From: Octopus vulgaris
Taxonomy: Eukaryota
Assembly (NCBI GenBank): GCA_951406725.2
Contig: OX597831.1
Location: 32,550,001-32,614,000, forward strand
Direction of reading: 5' to 3'
Length of the DNA: 64,000 bases
Position numbers and translations under genes: made by a program. The notes beneath the pieces are model-generated. The model was not told the origin of the DNA. It ran no database searches and saw only the letters and a list, made by a program, of their open reading frames with translations. Positions 39,642-52,766 of this stretch are shown piece by piece (the first letter of the stretch is position 1; each line of letters begins with the position of its first letter).

Positions 39642-40163
39642 ATGTATGTATGTATGTATGTATGTATGTATGAGTGTATGTTTACTTTATTACTAATTAC
39701 TCTCTTCCAAGAACATTTTCACTCACTCTTAGCTCTCCCATACATTTTACTCATGTATCTATCAGCGTCATAGACAGAATACTTTCACTTTAGTCTTCCT
39801 CAAATCACTCTGTCGCTATTTACTTTCATTTTATTCGTTGCCCACTGTGTGTGTGCGTTTGCGTGTGGTGTAAACCAGACTAAGAAAAGCATTTGACACA
39901 CACACCAGAATGTGAGTTTTCTGTAAATTTTGCTTAATTGGAGTTAAAATTTTAAAAACTGAACCTGGCATGACGCGATGCATTCTACTCTCAAAAATGC
40001 TAGGTAAATTGTAATTGAAGAAATCCTATATTGTAGATTTGTATAACTCCCAAAGGGAGGCAGATAAAATCTGCCTTTTATAATAAGAGATATAAATATA
40101 TAATATAATATATATATAGTATATATATAATAATACACACACACACATTCACACACACACACA

Positions 40164-40214
<51 letters not shown>

Positions 40215-41055
40215 GCCCTTCATAACGCCAACACTCCGAAAATATAGTGGGTGTCTTTTACGTTCCACCGACACGGGACCATAATGATGATGATATCTGA
40301 TGATATATGATGAAAAGCACTGATAATATCGGTTGACAATATTTCATGAGCACCAAGGCACCAAGCTGGCAGAATCGACCGTGCGCCTGGCGAAATGGTT
40401 GGCGGCATTCTGTCTTTATTTACGTCCCGAGTTCAAACGTCACTGAGCTTGACTTTGCCTTTCATCCCCTTCGGGATTGATAAAATAGTACCAGCTGAGT
40501 ACTGGAGTCGACCTAATCAACTTCTCCTCCGAAATTGCTGGCCTTGTGCCAAAATTTGAAACCAATATTAATCACTGATATAAAGAGGCGAACTATATAA
40601 AAATCATATACATGTATGTATAAATCATGTATATGTGTATATTCTTTTACTTGTTTCAGTCATTTAACTGCGGCCATGCCGGAGCACCGCCTTTAGTCGA
40701 ACAAATCGACCCCAGGACTTATTCTTTATAAGCCTAGTACCGTACTTTCGGATGTATAAGCCGCTATTTTTTTTTACCTGGGAAATTAAGTATGCGGCTT
40801 ATAGAAAAGTATGTAGTTTTTATAAGTTTCAAGGGGAAAATAATTTGTGTATGGAGATCAAATGATTCCAGTGATTTTTTCAAAGGAAAGGTCGGTCGGC
40901 GAACAATGTGAAAGACTCCTGCTACAGTACGTTGGTCCCCGGAAGTAAACAAAGCATACCGTGAAATGGGGTTACTTAGAACACCGGGGTAACTCTAAAC
41001 AAGATGTAATATTTTATTTCCTCTTTATATCACAGCTCAAGGTATCACAGTAACG

Positions 41056-41482
41056 GGATCTTTTCGGTTTGAACGGCAGTTTTTCTAGCGGTGTCATATG
41101 AAATTGTCACCCATAATTATGACCCTAGAATCGAATCTATTGCATTTCAATCTCTTTTAGAGTTAGGGTTAGTTAGGATTAGGGGTGGGGGAAGGGTATC
41201 TTTTTTTCTTCAGAAATGTAAATAAACCCAATCTGTTTCTTAAACGAGGGACATATTCATATAGAACAGAATGCTTTTTAACTCAATAGACGTCACTAAT
41301 TGGTTGAAATTGCAGAAATTGAAGAAAAAAAATCCCCAAATATCTTACAAACTATAGAATTTTCTCAATAAAGCCAAGAGAAAAAGATGTTTTATAAACA
41401 CATTCTACCAGTGTACGAAGTTTAAAAGTTTTTAGTTACCTAGAAATTATGTTAAAAACTGCCGTTCAAACCGAAAAGATCC
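41056..41482. mobile_element. Young MITE with ~29-bp perfect TIRs (Merlin-like if TSD is 8 bp)
   Basis: GGATCTTTTCGGTTTGAACGGCAGTTTTT at both ends, inverted; flanked by CAGTAACG direct repeats. Confidence 0.85.
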
Positions 41483-41767
41483 CAGTAACGCAATTTAAAA
41501 ACAATTTTCCTTCAGCTGAATGGACTAATTCATTTTTAAAGCGAAACAAATCCCAATAAGCATCACGCCTGTGCCAAAATACCAAAAGATCCTGAGCATG
41601 TTTAAGTGTTACAGAAGTATCCTCGTACTTCCAACACTTAAAAGCGACTCTTTCAGTTGATGGAAAACTTATCCCTTCAAATAACATATTCAACTTTTGA
41701 ACATAAGTAAAAAATACATTACTGTTCAAAGTAACCCCAAATCAGAGGTGACTTTGAACAGCGATAA

Positions 41768-42279
41768 TCTATATATATAAAACTGTAGCTGTGTGAGTGT
41801 CTGTCCCCTTCTGTTTAGATTCCTAACTACTCCCACATTTTGCGGTGCAGTTTAACCAAATTCGGGTATCTTATAGTCGTGATTCATATCGAGCCTGTCT
41901 GAGTATTAGCGCGCGTCTACGATGAGTCTACGATTTTAAAAATAATTTAACATCATTTTTTATTCCATTTTAATGCATAATTTTTCGTGTGTCGATGGCG
42001 GCGGAGTTGGCGTCCATGGTCACACCTGCACCTGTTTGCTTCTCCCCTTCTTCCCTCCCTCGTGAAGCTGTGGGGAAGGGAGTGTAAGGAAATCAACGTC
42101 GTAAAGCGTTGTCAAGGAGACCAGCGTTCTTTTAGAACAACGACTTCATGGCTTGAAGACACCAAAACAGAAATGGCTAAGAAAGTTCGAATTGGCATCT
42201 ATAAGGGAAGTAACTCTCTAAAAATGCTTATATAGTTATTTCCCTTACAAACCCGAGCAACGCCGGGCGATACTGCTAG
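41768..42279 (+). mobile_element. Non-autonomous Helitron family A, copy 3
   Basis: A|TCTATATATATAAAACTG ... CCCGAGCAACGCCGGGCGATACTGCTAG|T; reverse complement of most of 38295-38930. Confidence 0.9.
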
Positions 42280-42848
42280 TTATATATAAAAAAGTAATCA
42301 AATATTGGCTGCAACTTATTTTAACAGATTCAAATTTAGTTAAGATTGAAAAAAAGGCTATGGAATTATTGCAATATGAAGTCTAGAACTGTCCAAAGTA
42401 TTCACGGTATTTGCTTCGTTTTACCTTCATGTTTTGATAATGTTATTCTAATCTAATAAAGACTTTAATATTGACGAAATGTGTTTGTTGTTGCTTATAG
42501 TAACATAAGATGATAACAATAACAATACATCTCATAGTTGTAAAATAAGGCATTTTGAAACTACATATACGTCAACAACAAAAAGCTAGCTGCGGACTCG
42601 TAGCACCATAGGCCTTTTAAACACCGGTGCGCTTTATGTGTGGATAAAACCAACATTTCCTCCCAAATTCGGCCTTGCGGCTTAAATACCGATGCGTTTT
42701 ATAGACCGGATATACGGTACTTATTCTATCGGTCTCCTTTTGCCGAACCGCTAAGTGACGGAGACGTAAACACACCAACATCTGTTGTCAAGCGATGGTG
42801 GAGGAACAGACACAGACAAAAATAATGAATACATACATACATACATAC

Positions 42849-42903
<55 letters not shown>

Positions 42904-43035
42904 AGTGGCTGTGTGATTGGGAAGCAAACTTCTTACCACACAGCCACTCCTGCGCCTATATGTATACGCAATCTAATATAGAATATATATATATACATAC
43001 GGATACAGTTTGCATGTATATATATAACATATATA

Positions 43036-43242
43036 CAGTAATCCCTCGACTATTGCAGCTGTTACCGTTCCAGAACCTTCCACAGAAATAATTAAAATCT
43101 AAAAAATTATAAATACCTATCAGCCGCAGAAACCCGCGATATACTGAGGAGTCCGCGATATAAATTCACATATATTAACCAGAAAAATCCGCGATGTACT
43201 GAGTGCACGATAGGTGAACCGCGATATGGTGAGCGATTACTG
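43036..43242. mobile_element. Tigger-type MITE
   Basis: TA|CAGTAATCCCTCGACTATTGC ... GCGATATGGTGAGCGATTACTG|TA with internal CCGCGAT repeats. Confidence 0.8.
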
Positions 43243-43402
43243 TATTTATTTTACAGTTTATATATAAATGTGTGTGTATATGCTGCATGCATATGCGTGT
43301 ATATATATATATATATAAACTGTATGATCTGTGGTGTGTGTGTGTGTGTGTGTGTGTGCGTGCGTGTGCGCGTGTGCGTGTGTATATACATATACATATA
43401 CA

Positions 43403-43476
<74 letters not shown>

Positions 43477-43523
43477 GGTGTGTATATATGTATATATATG
43501 CATGTAAACATATAAACCACATA

Positions 43524-43594
<71 letters not shown>

Positions 43595-43937
43595 ACTTGA
43601 GAAAATGCATTTATATTTGTGTCTAGATATAAAAACAAATTAATAATACAATAAGCAACTCTGGAAAGAAACAAAGAAACGAATTTATGGCCAAGATAAA
43701 AATATAAAAGACATTTTATATGATTCAGTGAAATTTTGATACGTGTTTAATTTGAGCAAAAATTTTTGAAAGAAAATATTTTTTTGAGAACATTTGAAAG
43801 CAATCAAATATGAATCTTTCTATAGTTTGAAAGCAATCTTTAATTATGAAAGGTATATATTGAAAAAAACAAACAAACAACAAAAAAACACAGTAGTGGA
43901 TACATACATACATACATACATGCACGCAAGCATGCAC

Positions 43938-44007
<70 letters not shown>

Positions 44008-45170
44008 CGTCTGAATGAATTGATTGAGCAGACGGTTATATGTCTGCTGCGAGTTTCTGGAAAATGAAAGCAAGATAAGAAATTTTAAAAGTAAATCTTG
44101 AAGAATGTTCAAAATCAATCAAAAAGACTGTATATTTTGGAATCAAAAATTTAGGTAAGAAGGAAAAAAAAGTATTTTAGGCGGTAGAAAATTGAAACGA
44201 ATGGAACGGAAGATTTGCAAGAAGAAAATCTAACTTCGAATTGATTAAACAGATGTTAATATGGTGGACGTAAGTATTTTTGAAATGTAAGCTTAATGGA
44301 AGAAAACCGACGGAATTAATGAAACATTTTATAAAGAATTATTCCTAGAATTGCAAGTGGTAGAGTAGATGACAAAGTGAATGAACGATCGGTCTCTGAG
44401 GTTCGGCTTATCAGTGAAGTAGCTGCGTAGTTATTTTATCTGCTGGAAGTTGCAGTCATATCTTCCTCAAATCACAATCTACTGTTTTAAAATGAATAGA
44501 GACAACACATTAGATAACGTTCTCTGGAACAATATTTTTTAAGTAATTTTAAATAACGAGCAAAGTAGCTAGTTCTGAAATCTCTAAACGAGACATAAAT
44601 AATAACAATACTTGACGGTAACATTTTTTGCCACTATAACATGGCTGTTCAATAAGGAACTATATTACTACATTTTAACCCCAAGAAAACGTCTTTTCTA
44701 GCTGGTTAACGACACACAACCTGTGTCCGATATATTGTAAGGGAGCGAATCACTACCCTCCGTCATCGGTAGTGGATACCTACCTGCTAGAGATGGCAGT
44801 CAATCGTCCCTACCCACAATATATAAACAAAGAAGCGGGTGTCTATTCATGTTGCAAAGAATAACGCGTTCATAGCATCGATTATTATAATTAACCGCGT
44901 TCATTCTTATCTATGTGGGGACTGACTGGCATGTCAAAGATTAGACTCAGCGCTTCCTCTGCGCGTCGTAAAAGGCGACTAAAAGAGATTGATGTAGGAT
45001 TTACCCTCCAGCCTCGTAAAATGCTCACCAGCAACGACTACCCAAAAACAGAAACATGAGTTGGAGGGTTATCGCCTGAGTGATGCAAAGAGAGTCATCC
45101 GCCAGGAGGAGTAGGGAATCACTAATAAAATGGTGGATGCAGCGACGCGCTGTTACAGCGCATGCCTCCA

Positions 45171-45251
<81 letters not shown>

Positions 45252-46399
45252 CTATCTGTTTGTATATATAAATACACACACATATATACATACATATATA
45301 TATATACATATACATACATATATATATACATATACATACACATATATATATATACATATATATACACATATATATATATGCACTTACACACGTTTGTTAT
45401 ATGTAACATAAGCAGTATTAGATTAAAATAGCCATTTGTGTAAATACATAGGAACGTACTGTGTCCAAAAGCACTAAAAATATCAGAAGCAGACTAAATC
45501 GTTCTAGTAGCGGTTGGTGAGAACGCTAGATGCATTTCTTCTTCGTTAATAGCAGGTACTTACTGCCAACCATACACCAAAAAGGAAACCTCTTGCTACC
45601 GATGTAGGGAACAGTGAATAAGCATTCACCGATGTTGCAAATAGCCGTCGGGCTGAATAAAAATAACCGTTACCCCTTTTAGCCACGTCCTCTCTTCATT
45701 TAGTAGGCGACTTAAAATGCTCTGCCCATAAAGTGTGAGGTCCATCAGTTTGTTCATAGTTTAAAATGTTTTAACTGTGAAAGATATTGCATACGAGATG
45801 AATATATCTTATCTATTGGGTAACGATCTGAAACGTACGTATTAAATGTATTCAAAATATTATTACTTGGTTTGACTTTATTACTGTAAGTTATATGTGT
45901 GTGTGTGTGTGTCCCCTACTTAACTAACACGTGAATGTACTGTAAGAACGCCATAATACTGTGATATTCCTCTTGAGTATCCCGGTGCCCCCCCCCCTAA
46001 AAAAAAACAGACGTATCGGCAATAGGAGGAAAATGTTAAGCACCATCGGCGAAGCCGGTAGAACACGTGATTAACGTCTATGTGAGATGCATTCTGAAGA
46101 TGAACACCGCAGTATTATGGCGCTCTTACAGCGTATCTACATTTTGTAGGATATACAGATTGCTATTTATACATACGAGTTGACAAACGATAGAAAGATG
46201 CGCTCTGCATATTCTGTAGGAACCATATTATTTAATTACAGTTTGACTCGGCTCCATGCAGCTTAAAGGTTCGCAGGCTTATCAAACGAACCTATTTCGT
46301 CAGACTTGTAGAGATCGACAACTTTGACGAGATAGAGTCGTTTCACGAGTCTACGAAACTTTGTGTTGCATGGAGCCGAGTCATACTGTTATCAAATAA

Positions 46400-46557
<158 letters not shown>

Positions 46558-46589
46558 ACTCTTTCTCTCTCTGTATATATATATATATG

Positions 46590-46912
46590 CTGAGACCCCC
46601 TTCAGTCATGACTGACCATGGGATTTCACCTAGAAAGTTACCCTCCCAGGCACAAGTCCGAGCAAGGTTGTTTATGGAAGACCAGCAGTCGCCCATGCAT
46701 ACCGGCCTTCACTCTCCACCCCACCGGTGTTATCCAAGGGAAGGGCAAAGGTCGATACAGCTTGGCATCTGTGGCGTCGCAACTCATTTCTACAGCTGAG
46801 TGAACTGGGGCAACGTGAAATAAAGTGTCTTGTTCAAGAACACAACACGCAGCCCGGTCCGGGATTCGAACTCACAACCTCACGATCGTAAACTCGATAC
46901 TCTAACCACTAA
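46590..46912 (-). mobile_element. tRNA-derived SINE
   Basis: Minus strand TAGTGGTTAGAG..GAGTTCGAATCCC, followed by GTGTTCTTGAACAAGACACTTTATTTCAC. Confidence 0.7.
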
Positions 46913-47403
46913 ATGAGGCTGTGTTTTCCAAATTAGAGGCGAACGCCATACTCTATGTGATCGGCTTGAAATATTGTTAAGACACTAGGATATTTTCCTA
47001 CTTTTCTTAACATAAAACCAATGGTAGCCTTAATTCACAAATAATGAAATTATATCCACCAATGTAGTGTTGAGAACTTATTTTTGTATCGTTCGACATT
47101 TATGTACACACAAACACACACACACACACACAACATGCCACTTCAACATGATTGTGCCGTTCAAATAGATTTTACTGCGATTTTTTAACCCCGAGAGGAC
47201 ATGTCCCCGTAGCTGGTTAATGATGCACAACTGCATCCGATATATTACGAGCAAGGGAACAAAACCTTACTACCTTCTAGCGGCGGGACCAGCATACCAA
47301 TCTGGTTTCGGGCTATTTCTGCCTCTCTTCAAGTACTGGACACCTCGTCTGCGAGAGATGGCAGTAGCTCACCTCCGCTCGCAAAATATATAAAGTCAAA
47401 CAT

Positions 47404-47491
<88 letters not shown>

Positions 47492-47494
<3 letters not shown>

Positions 47495-48067
47495 TAGAGG
47501 ATATAAAATTGCTCTTGAAGGTATGATTATATCCAAGAAAATACTGGTTCTATACCTTATGTCTTTGGGAAATAAATTTTCCTAAATCAATTGGTATATA
47601 TTAAGTATATAATCCGTATTAAATTAAGAAAAGAAAATGGAGAGTTAGTGGTTAATAATTATTTATTAGTAAATTGATAATCATTTCTTGCAACAGCTGT
47701 TTCCATCCATACTCATTAAATGAATTATAAATTTATGCCTTAAAAGATAGATCAAATGTAAATTTTTAATGTCTAACCTTTCTCTGATGATATTTTGCTC
47801 ATAACTTATAAATGTTAATTTAATGCGTACATTTGTCATTTATTCAATGAGTATGAATGGAAACAGCTGTAGGAAGAAATGATTATCAATTTATTAATAA
47901 ATAATTAACTACTAACTCTCCATTTTTTTGTCTTAATTTAGTACGGATTATATACTTAATATATACCAATTTATTTAGGAAAATTTATTTCCCAAAGACA
48001 TAAGGTATAGAACCAGTATTTTCGTGGATGTAATTATACCTTTAAGAGGTTAATATATCCTCTAATT
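47492..48067. repeat. Imperfect inverted repeat (~230-bp arms) containing a hammerhead-like motif
   Basis: CTGGTTCTATACCTTATGTCTTTGGGAAATAAATTTTCCTAAAT has its reverse complement at ~47972-48017; spacer ~47725-47837; bounded by microsatellites. Confidence 0.9.
47778..47876 (+). ncRNA. Minimal type I hammerhead ribozyme candidate
   Basis: CTGATGA (47784-47790), stem II including GCTCAT/ATGAGT, then GAAA-C-AGCT-G-TA (47860-47871); stem I TTTCT/GGAAG with G-U pairs. Confidence 0.6.
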
Positions 48068-48704
48068 ATGTATGTATATATATATATATTCAATACGGGT
48101 TATATATATATATATATATATATCGGCTTATATATATATATATATATATATATGCGTGTGTGTGTGTGTGTATATTCGAATGAGAATTAAGTTTAAATTC
48201 AATTGAAATAAATTCGATTTAAAATTATAGTCAATCTTCAGGTTAATGATAATAGTTAAATAAATAAGCAAATAGAGTCAAACAATATTTATTTAAAAAA
48301 ATAAATAAAATAATAATTTTTCTTATAGAAAAAAACTCCATTAACTAAATTTGAAACTTAAAACATTAGGATTATTTCCTACAACACATTTATTATGTTA
48401 AATATTTAATTTTTCAGGTAAAAAATAGATAGAAATATGTATTTATCTTTGAAGATATAATTTGGCTAAAAAAAACATAATAAACTATTTATTAAGTTTA
48501 AATTGAATTTAAACTTAATTGTAATTCGAACTTAATTGTAGCCATAAAACGTACGTAGTGTTTTTACTTATTATATATTGACCATTCATTTCTATACTTT
48601 TTGAATTCTAGTTATATATTTTATAAAAATATATATTATTTATTATTTCTGTTTTGGTTTATGTGTCTATCACTGTTTGAGTTGCATAATTGTGGTTTTA
48701 TCTC

Positions 48705-48751
<47 letters not shown>

Positions 48752-48882
48752 GATATTGACCATTCATTTATATACTTTTTGAGATCTAGTTATATATTTT
48801 ATAAAAATATATATTATTTATTATTCATGTTTTGGTTTATGTCTATCACTGTTTGAGTTGCATAATTGTGGTTTTATCTCTA

Positions 48883-48940
<58 letters not shown>

Positions 48941-49300
48941 GTTGCTTCCCCAGATGCGATAAATTACAGGACTCCATACCAATGCAGAGTAGTTTTGAAT
49001 ATAACGTGAAGTCTATGATTTCTAGTTCTCAAAGTTGCTCATTTCCGATCATCAGCTGGTAATCTGATCCTGGTTTTCTTTAGAAATATCCACTGTCTGA
49101 AATACTTTTTGAAATATGAAATGAAGGTTTGCAGAAAAAAAAAAAACGCTTTTCCTTATGTTCTTCGTGAACGGCACATGCGAAAATGGCTGCTTCACGC
49201 TCGCGCTTTTGATTTCATTTCTGGTTCTCTTCATAATATTTATTATAAACATCTTTTCACTCCAGACAAGCGAAGTCATGGAATTACGTTGCTGTTTAAG

Positions 49301-49461
49301 CAACAAGTGCGTGAAAGCCGACAGCTACTGACCAATGCGAAAAACCAAAAGCTCAACAAGTGCGTGAAAGCCGACAGCTACTGACCAATGCGAAAAACCA
49401 AAAGCTCAACACGTGCGTGAAAGCCGACAGCTACTGACCAATGCGAAAAATCAAAAGCTCA
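49301..49461 (+). repeat. 53-bp tandem triplication at the edge of an RTE 3' fragment (to ~49630)
   Basis: CAACAAGTGCGTGAAAGCCGACAGCTACTGACCAATGCGAAAAACCAAAAGCT x3, then KLIYNGH..RGKQRLQWMD (RTE C-terminus). Confidence 0.85.
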
Positions 49462-49668
49462 TCTATAATGGCCATAGCCAAATAAGCAGAGGTTTGGTAA
49501 GCATTATCGTGGAAGAAAGAGAAGAGAATATTAAACCAAGAGGCAAGCAAAGACTGCAATGGATGGACAGTGTCCAGAGCTGGCTGGACAAGAACGACAA
49601 GGCAGCTGGAGGACTCACGCTTAATCGGGAAGATTTTTCGTTGAAGTGTTATCTGTGTGTGTGTATGT

Positions 49669-49738
<70 letters not shown>

Positions 49739-50539
49739 GTGTGATAAATTATATATCAATTAAGCAGATTTTACCGACGGGCCTGACCAGAAGAAACTAG
49801 GTGAGGTGTTTTTGAGTTTGGGTGTGTGTATATATATATATAACGGGAAGCTTTATGAAAATAGACAAAAGACGAAGGCAGGTGGAAAACAAACGAACAA
49901 TTGTATTAGTATGGCGCTCAGGAAATATAAATAAAACAAGTCTTTAACGTTTCGAGCCTACGCTCTTCAACAGAAAGATACACAGAGAGAAAAAAAAACA
50001 CAGAAAGAAGGAGAGAAAAAAAAATGCGTGCAGTAGCTAACGAATCAACATGGCGATCTGATTTCGGCCAGAGGTCAAAGATCAAACATGAGACGCGAGA
50101 GCGAAATAAGGGGAGATAATAGGGTTGATAATATGGTTGAAGGACCAGCTAATAGTGCGTAGGAGGGGTCTGGACGTGTGTATGTATAGGGTTGGTGTAT
50201 GTATTAGTATGTATAAGGGTGTGTGTGTGTGTGTGTGTGTGTGTATGAGAGAGTATTAGTGCGTAGGATTGGTGTGGACGTGCGTATGTATGGGGTTGGT
50301 GTATGTATTAGTATGTATTAGTATGTATTAGTACGTATTAGTATGTATAAGTGTGTGTGTGTGTGTGTGTATGAGAGAGTATAAGTGCGTATGAGGGGTC
50401 TGGACGTGTGTATGTATAGGGTTGGTGTATGTATTAGTATGTATTAGTATGTATTAGTACGTATTAGTATGTATTAGTTTGTGTATGTATTAGTATGGCA
50501 CATCATATATGATGTGATGTGTGAAGTCGTGTGGTGTAG

Positions 50540-50745
50540 TGAGGAGAAGAGGGGGGGAAGGGGGGGGGAAGGGGGGAGGAGAGGGGGGAAGAGGAGAGGA
50601 TGGGAGAGAGAGAGGAGGGGGAGAAGGGAGGGGGAGGAAGGAGGAAAGAGAGAGAGGGGGAGTGAGGGAGCAGAGGGAAGGGGAAGAGGGAAGGAGGGAG
50701 GGAGGGAGAAAGAGGGAAGAAGGGAAGGGGAGTAGGGGTGAAAGG
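50540..50745 (+). repeat. Nearly pure purine G/A tract (G4/triplex-prone)
   Basis: Numerous GGG runs over ~200 bp with almost no pyrimidines. Confidence 0.8.
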
Positions 50746-51009
50746 ATGAAATATATATATATATATATCATACGTAAATACGCACACACATATACACACA
50801 TACATATACGCACACACACATGCACATTATATACATAGATACACGCGTACACACACGCACATGAGCATACTCATGCGCATACACACACTCTATCATTCAC
50901 ACATTGCCACACTCTCTCTCTCTCTCTCTATGTCTCTCTCACAAAAACAGACAAAAACTATCTCTCTGACACTCACACATTGTCTTTCTCTCTCTCTCAC
51001 ACACATGTA

Positions 51010-51043
<34 letters not shown>

Positions 51044-51440
51044 ATCTCTGTCTCCGTGTCTCCCTTTTCTGTATTTCCACTAACCATCGACAGTTTATCG
51101 CAGCCAATCAAACATTAAACATCAATGATGACTCTTCCCGAAGTGATGATGAGATTTTAATTAGTTCCACACCTCCACCTCCACCACCTACCCACTCCCT
51201 ACCCACACTAGTTCTTCCATCACAGCTCCCACTTCCACCACCCCACACTCACTTCATTAGCTTTTAACAGTGATTATCTTAGCTGCTTTAATTAACCTCA
51301 ACAATCAGTCACCAATACGTCTCACTGCAAGTTGTCGTCGTCGTCGATACAAACTTTCGACTAACTCTGGTGATACTTCATGCTCCAGCATGGCCGCAGT
51401 CAAGTAAAAGAATAAAAGAATACACACACACACACACACA

Positions 51441-51474
<34 letters not shown>

Positions 51475-51655
51475 CGCAGGCGTGGCTGTGTGGCTTGAAG
51501 CTTGCTTTACAACCTCGTGGTTCTGGGTTCAGTCCCACTGCATGACACCTTAGGTAAGTGTCTTTTACTATAGCCACGGTCCGACCTAAGCCATGTGAGG
51601 GAATGTGGTAGACGGAAACTGAAAGAATCCTGCTGTGTATATGTATACATATAAT

Positions 51656-51726
<71 letters not shown>

Positions 51727-51788
51727 ATATGTGTGTGTTTGTGTGTGTGTGTATGTATGTATATTATGTATGTATGTATGTATGTATG

Positions 51789-51863
<75 letters not shown>

Positions 51864-51914
51864 ATATACATATATACATACGTACATACATACATACATA
51901 CATACGTACATACA

Positions 51915-51950
<36 letters not shown>

Positions 51951-52364
51951 TATAAGAATTTTTTGCGTAATGAGATAAAAAACCAAGGCTGTGTAGATAT
52001 TAGAACATTTATAGATAGAAGGTCTTACAGCTGTTTCCAGGGTATTTATTAATTATATCCCTTCATCGGAGACTGTGTGCGAGGATGGTTAAGTTATAAT
52101 TAATTTAGATAGGATACAAAATAGAGAGTGAGGTGGAGGAAAGAAAATAGATGTAAGATATGTAGGGATATTGAAGGTGTAAATCAATTTTTTTTGGCAG
52201 AATGGTACATATGTAATATTCCAATACCTTATGGGAAAAATCCAACAGCATTTAAAATTGTTCATTCCAAATATAGAGTTTATACACAATGTAAGATTCC
52301 AATACGTTATGAGTAAGCTCCAACGGTATTTAAAATTGGTCATTTCAAGTACAGAATTATATAT

Positions 52365-52766
52365 TACTCTTTTACTCTTTTACTTGTTTCAGTCATTTGA
52401 CTGCGGCCATGCTGGAGCACCGCCTTTAGTCGAGCAAATCGACCCCGGGACTTATTCTTTGTAAGCCCAGTACATATTCTATCGGTCTCTTTTGCCGAAC
52501 CGCTAAGTTACGGGGACGTAAACACCAGCATCGGTTATCAAGCAATGCTAGAGGGACAAACACAGACACACAAACATATACACACACATACATATATATA
52601 CATATATACGACAGGCTTCTTTCAGTTTCCGTCTACCAAATCCACTCAGAAGGCTTTGGTCGGCCCGAGGCTATAACAGAAGACACTTGCCCAAGATGCC
52701 ACGCAGTGGGACTGAACCCGGAACCATGTGGTTGGTTAGCAAGCTACTTACCACACAGCCACTCCT
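52365..52766 (-). mobile_element. Complete CORE-like tRNA SINE, best copy in window
   Basis: A and B boxes, GGCATCTTGGGCAAGTGTCTT, 3' double stem-loop and (GTAAAAGA)n tail. Confidence 0.85.

Larger units (their letters stand above)
40959..42407. mobile_element. Second pogo-like MITE, nested
   Basis: TA|CCGTGAA ... TTCACGG|TA with GGGGTTACTT/AAGTAACCCC subrepeats; the TIR match is short. Confidence 0.5.
40740..42717. mobile_element. pogo-like non-autonomous element inserted in a SINE and hosting further insertions
   Basis: TA|CCGTACTTTCGGATGTATAAGCCGC ... GCGTTTTATAGACCGGATATACGG|TA; the SINE sequence CCTAGTA|CTTATTCTATCGG resumes on the far side. Confidence 0.75.
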
